Origin: Eledone cirrhosa
Taxonomy: Eukaryota
DNA: 64,000 bases
Assembly: GCA_964016885.1 (NCBI GenBank)
Contig: OZ024743.1
Span: 248,744,001 to 248,808,000 of the forward strand
Direction: 5' to 3'
Of the stretch, positions 12,411-25,759 are shown piece by piece. The position numbers and the translations under genes are program-made. The notes under the pieces were generated by a model. The model ran no database searches. It was not told the DNA's origin and worked only from the letters and a program-made list of their open reading frames with translations. Each line of letters begins with the position of its first letter. Positions within the stretch are counted from its first letter, which is position 1.

Positions 12411-13809
12411 GCTATTATTATGTTCCTCCTGTTGTATTGTATATCTACGCCATCTTTATTTAATCTGTTTATTTATTTATTTTTGTCTTCTCTGCGCATG
12501 CGTTTGCGTGTGTGTGTAGTGTTTGGTGTGTGTTCGCGTTTGGGTGACTGTGTTTTGGTTATTGTATTCTATCTTAGTTTACTAGTGTGTGTTTATGTGT
12601 TTGTTGTTATTGTGCTTGTGTATATATTTATTTATTTATATTTCTCTTAGATCAGTATTGTTTGTTTAGGTGTTGTTATTCCATTCATTTTTTCTGTTTA
12701 GCTTTGGCCTTCTAAGTTCTATTTCACTTGCCTCTCTGATTTTCCTATCTGCTGGGTCATTTCTATGTTTAGATATTGTTTTAATTTCTATGTTGTATAT
12801 GTTACTGTCATGTTGTTGTCTGGCGTGTTCGTATAGTACTGAACCGTTTTTTCGTCCTTTTAGTTCTCCCCAGTGTTGGTCTATCATTTCACCTATGCTA
12901 CGAGCTGTCTCGCCTATGTATGTTGTCATGTTTCTGCAAGTACCCTCTGTACATCTTATGCTATAGACTATGTTTCTAGTTTTACAGTTTATCCGGAGGT
13001 TTACTTTACATATAATACATTTCCTATTAGTACAGTGGGTTTTCTTAAAAGGATATGTTTTGCTAATCAGGGATTTTATGGTAGTTCCTGGCTTTTCTAC
13101 CACCTTAATCTTTAAGTGGGTCTTTCTCAGGGCCTTTCTACACTGGTTAGCTAATTTCCCTCCAAGGGTAGCGTCCACAAACATGACACTCTGGTATCTC
13201 TGGTTGTCGTACCATGAGGTGGCTTTCCCTATCTTATGTCTAGTCCTATCTAAGCTATTCCATGATTTTCTCCTGTATAATGGCCAAATTCCTTTCATGT
13301 CAAGTTCTATACTTCTCCGTGGCTCCTTCGTATACTCTGATTCTGTCTCTTTGGTTGTAGCCAGAGAACTGCATGCGGTTGATGAAGTATTGGACGTGTC
13401 TTTCCATTTCTGTTGGGTCGCACATGCGGGACACGTTCTTCATCACTCGTACCAAGTCTGCGATCAGAATATTGAACTTAGCACTACTGGACATTGCTGA
13501 GTTTTTGAGTATCAGGTATTTGGAGGCCATGGGTTTAGCGTAGTGGGAGTGGAGAATTTGGGCCCTCTCGTCTATAGTATTAATTCAGAGTTCCGTGTCT
13601 AATACAGGTTAATACTGTTATTACTACTGTGGTTGTTTTTGTTGTTACAAAACAAAACGAATGCAATAGACATTTCAATAAGAAAATAACAATGGAAATA
13701 ATACGTGTAGCAACATTAATGATAGACACAACAACAACAAAAACAAGAAACATAATAATAAAAGTAACAACCACAATGGTAGAAATAACAGTAACAACAA
13801 CAATAACAA

Positions 13810-14325
13810 TAGAGAACAATACTGACCTAAGAGAAATATAAATAAATATATACACAAGCACAATAACAACAAACACATATAAACACACACTAGTAAACTA
13901 AACCAAAACACAGTCACCCAAACGCGAACACATACCAAACACTATACACACCCGCAAACGCATGCGCAGAGAAGAAGACAAAAATAAATAAATAAATAAA
14001 ATAAAGATGGCGTAGATATACAATACAACAGGAGGAACATAATAATAGCATCACTGACGATGTTGCAGATGTGCAACGAAAGAACTTTGTTAGATTATAT
14101 ATATGTGTTTGTGTCTATATTATATCTGTATTCTTTTACCGTTGGTCATTAAGGACCGAATAAATTAACTGATATAAAAGATACAGAAGCGAAAACCAAC
14201 CAAATAGTAAGTGTGTTCTGTTATTAATTCTGGCGATATTATTACAACAATATGACCCTCCCCAAGTATAACAATACTTGTTTCGACACACGATTTCATA
14301 TCAAAAACCTCGCAAAACAAATATA
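13810..14325 (+). mobile_element. Inverted pLTR copy of the second PLE family (hammerhead-like motif at 14050-14090)
   Basis: Reverse complement of 11250-12665 without the SINE and L1 insertions. Confidence 0.9.
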
Positions 14326-14348
14326 TATAATGTATTTATATATATATA

Positions 14349-14734
14349 TCATCATCATCATCGTTTAACGTCCATCTTCCACGTTAGCATGGGTTTGGAC
14401 GGGAATTTTCCCACTTGAGGCAAGATTGGTTGTCTTGCTCGTATAGGACTGTCTGGCGGGTTTTCTACGGCTGAATGCCCTTCCTAACACTAATCATGTT
14501 TACAGTGTGGACTGGGAGGTTTTTACCGTGTTACCTACACGGCCACATTACAGCGTGGACTGTGTGTTTTTGTGTCGTGACACCTACACGACCTCATTTA
14601 TTTAGGACTGGATGTTGTGGACCCAACAACTTTACATCGAAAGGGGTGATGTGGATGGTGGTGGGGGCTAGTGGGACGGGGTGTATTTTTGTTAAGAGGT
14701 GCCTACTGACAGTAGGTTTCGCTTTGGACTTAGT

Positions 14735-14735
<1 letters not shown>
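14349..14735 (-). mobile_element. RTE subfamily A 3' UTR fragment
   Basis: (CAT)n tail; matches 44367-44765. Confidence 0.9.
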
Positions 14736-14787
<52 letters not shown>

Positions 14788-14865
14788 AGTACAATATATA
14801 TATGTGTATAGTACAAAATATATATATATATATGTATTTATATATGTATATATATATATATATAT

Positions 14866-16924
14866 CATCATCATCATCATCAACGTTTAACGTCCGTGTT
14901 CCACGCTTGCATGGGTTTGGACGGGGGCAGTCCCACTTGAGACAAGAGTGATTGTCTTGCTCGCATAGGACTGTCTGGCAGGTTTTCTACAGTTGGATGC
15001 CCTTCCTAACACCAACCACATTTACAGTGTGGGTCTGGGAGGTTTTTACCGTGTTGCCTAAACGGCCACATTACAGCGTGGACTGTGTGTTTTTTTGTCG
15101 TGACACCTACACGATCTCATTTGTTTCGGCCTGGATGGTGTGGCACCAACACAACTTTACATAGAACGGGGTGGTGTGGATGGGGGGGGGGGGGGGTATT
15201 TTGTTAGAGATGCCTACTGGCTGTAGTAGGTTTTACTATGTATTTAGGTAAGGCGGGTCTTCTCTGTTACTGAGTACCGCCAAAGGTCTCGGTCCAGTGA
15301 CATTGTCTTGGAGAGGTGTAAGTGTGTGAGGTCGGAGTTTATCAGCTCGTCCCAGGTTTTTCTAGGTCTGCCTATTCCGTGGCTACCGTCTATCTTTATT
15401 GCCCTGCACTTTGTTATACAGCTATCGACTTTCATGCGCATCACGTGTCCATACCAACGTAGCCTTCTCTCGAGTAAACAACATCTGATCCCTCTTATTT
15501 CTAATTTTTTCCTTAGTTCGTTTATGCTTTGCCGTTCACGTATATTACTGTGACACATCCAGCGGAGCATGCAAGCTTCGTTCCTCTCTAGTCTGCGTAT
15601 ATCCTCTGCACACAATGCCCAGGTCTCACTGCCATGCAACATTGCTGTTCGTATGCAGGCATCGTACAACCTGCCTTTCATTTTTAGGGAGAACCCTTTA
15701 GCAGCTAATAGTGGTATAAGCTCTCTGAACTTTTTCCAACCAGTTCTGACTCTAGCTACTGTACTTTCAGAGCACCCTCCCCCACTGCTGATTTTATCAC
15801 CCAGGTAACGGAAACTGTCCACTATTTCTATAGAACCCTCTGCGCAATTGAAAGAGCTAGTATTTTGTGGGCACTTGCTGCTACTTATTGCACCAGAGCA
15901 CCGGCCACATGTAAAATCTATGTTCTTAGTTAGCTTACCTGTGATCCCACTACATCTTTTATGCACCCATACTTTGCATTTAGGACATAAAATGGAGTTT
16001 CTACCTACGCCTTTCCTACACACCGAGCACGACCATTTCCCAGAAGGGACCGCCGCCTTATTTTCTTTCCTACAAACTAGAACTTTAGTCTTAGCCAGGT
16101 TAATTTTAAGGCCTTTTGATTCTAGGGCGTGCTTCCATGTTTGGAATTTCTTCTCTAGCTCGGCCATTGATTCCGCTATGAGTGTCAGGTCGTCTGCGTA
16201 TAGGAGTTCCCATGGGCAGCCGGTCTTGAACTCCTCTCTTATAGCCTGAAGGGCAATAATAAATAGTAGGGGGCTGAGAACAGAGCCCTGATGGACGCCA
16301 ACTTTTACGCTAAACTCTTCACTATATTCGTTGTTAATTCTAACCTTGCTGACTGTTTCTTTATACATGGCTTGTATAGCTCTCACAAGCCATTCGTCAA
16401 CGCCTTGTTTTCTAAGAGCCCACCAGATAATGGAGCGGGGGACTCTGTCGAAGGCTTTCTCCAAGTCGACAAAAGCTAAGTAGAGGGGTTTACCTTTAGC
16501 TAGGTACTTCTCCTGTAGTTGTCGTACAATGAAAAGAGCGTCTGTGGTACTTTTGCCTGACACAAACCCGAACTGCATTTCATCTAGGTCAATTCTCTCT
16601 CTGATTAGTTGTGCTATTACTTTTCCCGTGACCTTCATGACCTGGTCGATTAATTTAATGCCTCTATAGTTACTCCTATCTAGGGCGTCTCCTTTACCCT
16701 TATAACAGTTAACGATGATGCTGCTATGCCAGTCCTTCGGAACAACCCCATTCTGTACGACTTGGTTAACTATGCGGGTGACCATGGTGTGTCCCACCGT
16801 GCCAGATGCCTTCAGCATCTCAGCAACTATTTCCGAAGGCCCAGCCGCCTTACCCGTCTTCATATCCTTGATTGCCTTACTTATTATACTCCCCTCGACT
16901 AACACTGCTGGTCCCTCTATTGGG

Positions 16925-16928
<4 letters not shown>
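14866..16928 (-). mobile_element. RTE LINE subfamily A, 5'-truncated, young
   Basis: (GAT)n tail, complete 3' UTR and an uninterrupted RT ORF. Confidence 0.97.
15244..16905 (-). CDS. RTE reverse transcriptase (partial ORF) with inserted PHD-like finger
   Basis: [31 protein letters not shown], a C4HC3 finger, FRYLG and RLRWYGHV in one open frame. Confidence 0.93.
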   Translation of the reverse strand: MLVEGSIISKAIKDMKTGKAAGPSEIVAEMLKASGTVGHTMVTRIVNQVVQNGVVPKDWHSSIIVNCYKGKGDALDRSNYRGIKLIDQVMKVTGKVIAQLIRERIDLDEMQFGFVSGKSTTDALFIVRQLQEKYLAKGKPLYLAFVDLEKAFDRVPRSIIWWALRKQGVDEWLVRAIQAMYKETVSKVRINNEYSEEFSVKVGVHQGSVLSPLLFIIALQAIREEFKTGCPWELLYADDLTLIAESMAELEKKFQTWKHALESKGLKINLAKTKVLVCRKENKAAVPSGKWSCSVCRKGVGRNSILCPKCKVWVHKRCSGITGKLTKNIDFTCGRCSGAISSSKCPQNTSSFNCAEGSIEIVDSFRYLGDKISSGGGCSESTVARVRTGWKKFRELIPLLAAKGFSLKMKGRLYDACIRTAMLHGSETWALCAEDIRRLERNEACMLRWMCHSNIRERQSINELRKKLEIRGIRCCLLERRLRWYGHVMRMKVDSCITKCRAIKIDGSHGIGRPRKTWDELINSDLTHLHLSKTMSLDRDLWRYSVTEKTRLT

Positions 16929-17018
<90 letters not shown>

Positions 17019-17207
17019 CATATATATATATATATATTTTGTACTATACATATATATATATATATTGTATATTTATATATGTATGTGTATATATATATAT
17101 ATATGTATTTGTATACTCTTTTACCTGTTTCAGTCATCCGGCTGAGGCCATGCTGGGGACCGCCCTTGAGATATTATATGTATATATATAATATATTTAT
17201 ATATATA

Positions 17208-17243
<36 letters not shown>

Positions 17244-17302
17244 TTTCCGACGGAATTACTTCATATATATGTATTTATATATGTGCGTGTGCGTGTGTGT
17301 GC

Positions 17303-17342
<40 letters not shown>

Positions 17343-17497
17343 CACGGCAAAAAAAAAGCACCCAGCACTCACTGTAAATGAGGTTGGTGTTAGGAAGGGC
17401 ATCCAGCTGTAGAAATCAAGCCAGAATCAGTTCCAGTCCCACCCTTGCAAGCAGGGAAAAGCGGACGTAAAATGAAATGATGATGAAATGATGATGA
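17343..17497 (+). mobile_element. 3' tail of an RTE-partnered SINE
   Basis: Matches 62815-62960. Confidence 0.8.
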
Positions 17498-17534
17498 TAT
17501 ATATATATATATGCATATATGAATATATATATGC

Positions 17535-17675
17535 CAGGCTTTCGCACAGTTTCCGTCTAACAAATTTCACTCACTTGGGTTATTGTAAAAGACAGTTACT
17601 CAAAATGCCATGCATTGAGACTGAACCAGAAACCATGTGGTTGCAAAACAAACTCCTTAACCATACACCTATATA
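17535..17675 (-). mobile_element. Degenerate tRNA-derived SINE head
   Basis: The minus strand reads ggtgtatggttaaggagtttg..ggttcagtctc, an A/B-box-like pattern. Confidence 0.6.
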
Positions 17676-17879
17676 GATTTTACCTTAACCATACACCTAT
17701 ATAGATATATAGATTTTACCTTAACCATACACCTATATAGATATATAGATTTTATTTTTTAATTGATTTAAATCTTACAAAAAGAAAAAGGATTATATAT
17801 TCTTACAAAATATTTCATTTGTAACTATAAGATGTTTATAGCTCATGAGGAATGGTGTCTCCTATGTTACTATAATGAT

Positions 17880-18722
17880 ACCAACATAACTTTACATTGA
17901 AAGGGGTGGTGTGGATGGGGTGGGGTAGTGGGACAGGGGTGTATTTTGTTAGAGGTGCCTACTGACTGTAGTAGGTTTCACTTTGTACTTAGGTAAGGCG
18001 GGTCTTCTCTATTACTGTGTAGCGCCAAAGCTCTCGGTCCAGTGACATTGTCTTGGAGAGGTGTAAGTGTGTGAGGTCGGAATTTATCAAGTGTCCCAGG
18101 TTTGTCTGGGTCTGCCTACTCCGTGGCTACCGTCTTTTTATTGCCCTGCACTTTTTTATACAGCTGTCGTCTTTCATGCGCATCACATGACCATACCAAC
18201 GTAGTCTTCTCTTGAGTAAAAAACATCTGATCCCTCTTATTCCTAATTTCTCACTTAGTTAATTTATGCTTTGCCGTTCACGTATATTACTATTACTCAT
18301 CCAGCGGAGCATGCAAGCTTCGTTTCTCTCCAGTCTGTGTATATCCTCTGCACACAATGCCCAGGTCTCACTGCCATGTAACATTGCTGTTCGTATGCAG
18401 GCATCATACAGCCTGCCTTTCATTTTTAGAGAGAACCCTTTAGCGGCCAATAGTGGTATAAGCTCTCTGAACTTTTTCCATCCCGTTCTGACTCTAGCTA
18501 CTGTACTTTCAGAGCACCCTCCCCCACTGCTGATTTTATCACCCAGGTTATGGAAGCTGTCTATAGAACCATCTGTGCAATGGAATGAGTTAGTATTCTG
18601 TGGGCACTTGTTGCTACTTATTGCACCAGAGCACCGGCCACATATAAAATCTATATTCTTAGTTAGCTTACCTGTGATCCCACTACATCTTTTATGTACC
18701 CATACTTTGCATTTGGGACAAC
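17880..18722 (-). mobile_element. RTE subfamily A internal/3' fragment
   Basis: [19 protein letters not shown]; homologous to 15150-15990. Confidence 0.93.
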
Positions 18723-19810
18723 ATCCTTAGTGCTGGTTATCTACAGGATAAATGCACCCAGTACACTCCATAAAGTGGTTAACAATAGGAAGGGCACCCA
18801 GCTGTAGAAAACCTGGCAAACAGAGGATCAGAAGGACTCTTCAGATGTGTCAAGGAGAATATAACTTCCCTAGTGCTGGTGCCATAATAAAAATGCACTC
18901 AGTAGGATGTAGGATTGTATGTCATGTCCTCAGTCCACCTGGAAGTCAGTTGTTCCACTTCTGTAATGATCACTCCGTGATGACCTGCCCAACTCTTCCT
19001 AACAGGGAAAACAGAAGCTAAATGATGATGATCATGATCATCATTTTCTGACTTTCACCTATTCTATTTTGTTCTTCTCTTTACACATACACATTCATAT
19101 ACACACACACACTTATACACATTTCCTTACATAATCAGCTTGCCAAATAACCTGATAACATAAGGAAGACTGCAGTTGCTACCTTGAACAACTCCTGGTA
19201 AGTTCTTTGACAATCCCTATGCATTATAGAATTTTCATAGGAGAATTGTTAGAACATCAATCAAAGTGCTTCGGTGTATTTAGTTATGGACCTTTATGCT
19301 CTATGTTCAAATCCCCTCAAGGTTACCTTTGCCTTTCATCTTTATGGGGTCGATAAAATAAAGTACCAGTAATCCACTGGGGTCAATTTAATCGACTTTC
19401 CACTTCTCCAAAATTGTTGGCCTTGTGCCTCGCCGAGGTTAACTTTGCCTTTCATCCTTACGGGGGTCGATAAAATAAAGTACCAGTAATGTACTGGGTA
19501 ATTGCTGGCCTTGTGCCTAAAGTAGAAACAATTATTACTTAATACATTAGGAGGATGGAAGAATGGCAGAATCATTAGGGCATCAGACAAGATGCTTTGC
19601 AGTATTTAAGCACCATGGCAAATTCAGCACTGTGTGGGAGCCCATGTATATGTATGCAGACTTGTGGTCCCAGTAGACAGAATGGAGAAAACATTGCCCA
19701 GAAGGATTGCAAGGGAGATGCACATTGGATTAACTATTCCAAATCATGAGGCTCACTCTTGTGGGTAGCTAACTCTGCTCTGGTAGTAGGAAGTAGGGAT
19801 GTGGTCCAAG
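18720..19810 (-). repeat. Inverted duplication of 8695-9612 plus 6568-6771
   Basis: Identical spurious 89-aa ORFs occur at 9309-9578(-) and 18752-19021(+). Nucleotide identity is visible throughout. Confidence 0.93.
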
Positions 19811-22800
19811 GGCCAATAACTCTGGAAGTCTCCACTGCTATAGGTTCAACCACAAACCGATCAGAGAGTGACTGATATTTTGATAGTTTCCCTTATCAGC
19901 CTCATGAGTAGCAATGCCTGATTTAATCACAGTATGTACCAGGTTGCCACTGGATGTGGTACAGTATGTAACATCCTAGTTAAGGGGTTGCCACTGGATG
20001 TGTCACAGTATGTAACATCCTAGTTAAGGGGTTGCCACTGGATGTGTCACAGTATGTAACATCCTAGTTAAGGGGTTGCCACTGGATGTGTTACAGTATG
20101 TAACATCCTAGTTAAGGGGTTGCCACTGGATGTGTTACAGTATGTAACATCCTAGTTAAGGGCGTTGCCACTAGATGTGTCACAGTATGTAACATCCTAG
20201 TTAAGGGAGTTGCCACTGGATGTGTCACAGTATGTAACATCCTAGTTAAGGGGTTGCCACTGGATGTGTTACAGTATGTAACATCCTAGTTAAGAGGTTG
20301 TCACTGGATGTGTTACAGTATGTAACATCCTAGTTAAGGGGGTTGCCACTAGATGTGTTACAGTATGTAACATCCTAGTTAAGGGGGTTGCCACTAGATG
20401 TGTCACAGTATGTAACATCCTAGTTAAGGGAGTTGCCACTGGATGTGTCACAGTATGTAACATCCTAGTTAAGGGGTTGCCACTGGATGTGTTACAGTAT
20501 GTAACATCCTAGTTAAGAGGTTGTCACTGGATGTGTTACAGTATGTAACATCCTAGTTAAGGGGGTTGCCACTAGATGTGTTACAGTATGTAACATCCTA
20601 GTTAAGGGGTTGCCACTGGATGTGTCAAAGTATGTAACATCCTAGTTAAGGGGTTGCCACTGGATGTGTTACAGTATGTAACATCCTAGTTAAGGGGGTT
20701 GCCACTGGATGTGTTACAGTATGTAACATCCTAGTTTAGGGGTTGCCACTGGATGTGGTACAGTATGTAACATCCTAGTTAAGGGGTTGCCACTGGATGT
20801 GTCACAGTATGTAACATCCTAGTTAAGGGGTTGCCACTGGATGTGTCACAGTATGTAACATCCTAGTTAAGGGGTTGCCACTGGATGTGTTACAGTATGT
20901 AACATCCTAGTTAAGGGGTTGCCACTGGATGTGTTACAGTATGTAACATCCTAGTTAAGGGCGTTGCCACTAGATGTGTCACAGTATGTAACATCCTAGT
21001 TAAGGGGGTTGCCACTGGATGTGTCACAGTATGTAACATCCTAGTTAAGGGGGTTGCCACTAGATGTGTCACAGTATGTAACATCCTAGTTTAGGGGTTG
21101 CCACTGGATGTGTTACAGTATGTAACATCCTAGTTAAGGGGTTGCCACTGAATGTGTCACAGTATGTAACATCCTAGTTAAGGGGTTGCCACTGGATGTG
21201 TCACAGTATGTAACATCCTAGTTAAGGGGTTGCCACTGGAAGTGTCACAGTATGTAACATCCTAGTTAAGGGGTTGCCACTGGATGTGTTACAGTATGTA
21301 ACATCCTAGTTAAGGGGGTTGCCACTGGATGTGTCACAGTATGTAACATCCTAGTTAAGGGGGTTGCCACTGGATGTGTCACAGTATGTAACATCCTAGT
21401 TAAGGGGTTGCCACTGGATGTGTCACAGTATGTAACATCCTAGTTAAGGGTTGCCACTGGATGTGTTACAGTATGTAACATCCTAGTTAAGGGTTGCCAC
21501 TGGATGTGTCACAGTATGTAACATCCTAGTTAAGGGTTGCCACTGGATGTGTCACAGTATGTAACATCCTAGTTAAGGGTTGCCACTGGATGTGTTACAC
21601 TATGTAACATCCTAGTTAAGGGTTGCCACTGGATGTGTCACAGTATGTAACATCCTAGTTAAGGGTTGCCACTGGATGTGTCACAGTATGTAACATCCTA
21701 GTTAAGGGTTGCCACTGGATGTGTTACAGTATGTAACATCCTAGTTAAGGGTTGCCACTGGATGTGTTACAGTATGTAACATCCTAGTTAAGGGTTGCCA
21801 CTGGATGTGTCACAGTATGTAACATCCTAGTTAAGGGTTGCCACTGGATGTGTTACAGTATGTAACATCCTAGTTAAGGGGTTGCCACTGGATGTGTTAC
21901 AGTATGTAACATCCTAGTTAAGGGGTTGCCACTGGATGTGTGACAGTATGTAGCATCCCAGTTAAGGGGGTTGCCACTGGATGTGTCACAGTATGTAACA
22001 TCCTAGTTAAGGGTTGCCACTGGAAGTGTCACAGTATGTAACATCCTAGTTAAGGGGTTGCCACTGGATGTGTCACAGTATGTAACATCCTAGTTAAGGG
22101 GGTTGCCACTGGATGTGTCACAGTATGTAACATCCGAGTTAAGGGGTTGCCACTAGATGTGTCACAGTATGTAACATCCTAGTTAAGGGGGTTGCCACTG
22201 GAAGTGTCACGGTATGTAACATCCTAGTTAAGGGGTTGCCACTAGATGTGTCACAGTATGTAACATCCTAGTTAAGGGGGTTGCCACTGGATGTGTCACA
22301 GTATGTAACATCCTAGTTAAGGGGTTGCCACTGGATGTGTCACAGTATGTAACATCCTAGTTAAGGGGTTGCCACTGGATGTGTCACAGTATGTAACATC
22401 CTAGTTAAGGGTTGCCACTGGATGTGTCACAGTATGTAGCATCCCAGTTAAGGGGGTTGCCACTGGATGTGTCACAGTATTTAACATCCTAGTTAAGGGT
22501 TGCCACTGGATATGTCACAGTATGTAGCATCCCAGTTAAGGGGCTTGCCACTGGATGTGTCACAGTATGTAACATCTTAGTTAAGGGGGTTGCCACTGGA
22601 TGTGTCACAGTATGTAACATCCTAGTTAAGGGGATTGCCACTAGATGTGTCACAGTATGTAACATCCTAGTTAAGGGGGTTGCCACTGGATGTGTCACAG
22701 TATGTAACATCCTAGTTAAGGGGTTGCCACTGGATGTGTCACAGTATGTAACATCCTAGTTAAGGGGTTGCCACTGGATGTGTTACAGTATGTAACATCC

Positions 22801-25065
22801 TAGTTAAGAGTTGCCACTAGATGTGTCACAGTATGTAACATCCTAGTTAAGGGGGTTGCCACTGGATGTGTCACAGTATGTAACATCCTAGTTAAGGGGT
22901 TGCCACTAGATGTGTCACAGTATGTAACATCCTAGTTAAGGGGGTTGCCACTGGATGTGTCACAGTATGTAACATCCTAGTTAAGGGGTTGCCACTGGAT
23001 GTGTCACAGTATGTAACATCCTAGTTAAGGGGGTTGCCACTGGATGTGTCACAGTATGTAACATCCTAGTTGAGGGGTTGCCATTAGATGTGTCACAGTA
23101 TGTAACATCCTAGTTAAGGGGTTGCCACTAGATGTGTCACAGTATGTAACATCCTAGTTAAGGGGTTGCCACTGGATGTGTTACAGTATGTAACATCCTA
23201 GTTAAGGGGTGCCACTAGATGTGTCACAGTATGTAACATCCTAGTTAAGGGGGTTGCCACTGGATGTGTCACAGTATGTAACATCCTAGTTGAGGGGTTG
23301 CCACTGGATGTGTTACAGTATGTAACATCCTAGTTAAGGGTTGCCACTGGATGTGTCACAGTATGTAACATCCTAGTTAAGGGGGTTGCCACTAGATGTG
23401 TCACAGTATGTAACATCCTAGTTAAGGGGGTTGCCACTGGATGTGTCACAGTATGTAACATCCTAGTTTAGGGGTTGCCACTGGATGTGTTACAGTATGT
23501 AACATCCTAGTTAAGGGTTGCCACTGGATGTGTCACAGTATGTAACATCCTAGTTAAGGGGGTTGCCACTAGATGTGTCACAGTATGTAACATCCTAGTT
23601 TAGGGGTTGCCACTGGATGTGTTACAGTATGTAACATCCTAGTTAAGGGTTGCCACTGGATGTGTCACAGTATGTAACATCCTAGTTAAGGGGGTTGCCA
23701 CTAGATGTGTCACAGTATGTAACATCCTAGTTAAGGGGGTTGCCACTGGATGTGTCACAGTATGTAACATACTAGTTGAGGGGTTGCCATTAGATGTGTC
23801 ACAGTATGTAACATCCTAGTTAAGGGGGTTGCCACTGGATGTGTCACAGTATGTAACATCCTAGTTAAGGGGGTTGCCACTAGATGTGTCACAGTATGTA
23901 ACATCCTAGTTTAGGGGTTGCCACTGGATGTGTTACAGTATGTAACATCCTAGTTAAGGGTTGCCACTGGATGTGTCACAGTATGTAACATCCTAGTTAA
24001 GGGGGTTGCCACTAGATGTGTCACAGTATGTAACATCCTAGTTAAGGGGGTTGCCACTGGATGTGTCACAGTATGTAACATCCTAGTTTAGGGGTTGCCA
24101 CTGGATGTGTCACAGTATGTAACATCCTAGTTAAGGGTTGCCACTGGATGTGTCACAGTATGTAACATCCTAGTTAAGGGGGTTGCCACTAGATGTGTCA
24201 CAGTATGTAACATCCTAGTTTAGGGGTTGCCACTGGATGTGTTACAGTATGTAACATCCTAGTTAAGGGTTGCCACTGGATGTGTCACAGTATGTAACAT
24301 CCTAGTTAAGGGGGTTGCCACTAGATGTGTCACAGTATGTAACATCCTAGTTAAGGGGGTTGCCACTGGATGTGTCACAGTATGTAACATCCTAGTTGAG
24401 GGGTTGCCATTAGATGTGTCACAGTATGTAACATCCTAGTTAAGGGGGTTGCCACTGGATGTGTCACAGTATGTAACATCCTAGTTAAGGGGTTGCCACT
24501 GGATGTGTTACAGTATGTAACATCCTAGTTAAGGGGGTTGCCACTAGATGTGTCACAGTATGTAACATCCTAGTTAAGGGGTTGCCACTGGATGTGTTAC
24601 AGTATGTAACATCCTAGTTAAGGGGGTTGCCACTAGATGTGTCACAGTATGTAACATCCTAGTTAAGGGGGTTGCCACTGGATGTGTCACAGTATGTAAC
24701 ATCCTAGTTAAGGGGTTGCCACTGGATGTGTTACAGTATTTAACATCCTCGTTGAGGGGTTGCCATTAGATGTGTCACAGTATGTAACATCCCAATTAAG
24801 GGGTTGCCACCGTGAAACAAGAAGATTGTTATGTGATCAGGCCTTTTACCATCCCTTCAGTCCAGCCCTGCTGACTCAAGCTGGGAAGGGACGCCTGTGG
24901 CATGCAAGCCAAGGTTTATGTTCTCATTGAAAGTAGCATGGTATGGTACTATAATGGCATGACAGTGGGTAGAGGCTGAAAGAGTCCACAGTGGATCTGC
25001 AATAGAAAACACAGATGCACAAACAGTCGCTGTCCAGTTATGTATCAGTTGAAAGTGATGGTACA
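19606..25065 (-). mobile_element. CRE-clade non-LTR retrotransposon C-terminus (restriction-like endonuclease), split by a satellite
   Basis: HATFNENINLGLHATGVPSQLESAGLD*RDGKRPDHIT..GGNPL.WDVTYCDT [array] GNLVHTVIKSGIA..KYQSLSDRFVVEPIAVETSRVIGP..ISLAILLGN matches the CRE RLE consensus. Confidence 0.85.
19942..24810. repeat. 44-bp (43-45) tandem satellite, about 110 copies
   Basis: Unit GTTGCCACTGGATGTGTYACAGTATGTAACATCCTAGTTAAGGG; the G run varies in length. Confidence 0.99.
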
Positions 25066-25068
25066 GCA

Positions 25069-25376
25069 TTAACCCTTTAGCATTTAAACCAGCCATAACC
25101 GGCCAGAATTCTCTCACCTCTTTCTGTTCAAGGTGGCTGTAACTGGCTGCTCATATTGATGTATAGGTATTGTTCTCAAAATAAATAACATCAAAATGTC
25201 GTAGATTCGATATTATGTGAGATTATCTAAGATAAAGTTTTTACCACTAAAATATATTAGTATATATAGTAATCATCATCATCATTTTACGTCCGCTTTT
25301 CCATGCTTGCAAGGGTTGGACAATTGCAACAACTGTGTAAACAGCAATAACAGTAATGTAAATGTTAAAGGGCTAA
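25069..25376 (+). mobile_element. piggyBac-like MITE with a short RTE-tail insertion
   Basis: TTAA-CCCTTTAGCATTTA...TAAATGTTAAAGGG-CTAA. Confidence 0.8.
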
Positions 25377-25759
25377 GCCAGGCACCATGTTGAGAGGCTG
25401 AGTGAAAATAAGCCAGACATTGTTGGCCAAGCTGGCACACTTGAGTGTCCGAGATCATGTCATCTAATGTAAGTTTGACTGGCTAGTTACAATAGTGATA
25501 ATATTAACACAGTGTATTGCTAAAGTAGCTGTGATATATTCACAGCTTAAATACTCACAGCAGTACTACATCTATGTTTATTATACATAAACATATTGTA
25601 TTATAGGTTCACATATGCCTTTGTTCTGAATCACACTGCATTGGTGCTATCACTAACTTATCACATTTATCTCATGTAAATTTTAGTACATGACATGTAT
25701 TTACATGAAACAAATTTTGACAACCTTTCATAGAAACCATACATTTTTCCCTCCAAGAT

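Larger units (their letters stand above)
11250..13578 (-). mobile_element. Penelope-like element (second family): RT C-terminus, GIY-YIG and pLTR, carrying two nested insertions
   Basis: ORFs 13300-13530 and 12666-13298 contain HYAKPMAS, NCKTRNIVYSIRC..C..YIGETARS and REASEI..LNRKNEWN. The pLTR spans 12665-11250. Confidence 0.92.

Noticed and set aside
19942-24810. CRISPR-like array of palindromic repeats
   Set aside because: The units are contiguous with no unique spacers, there are no cas genes, and the monomer derives from CRE coding sequence.
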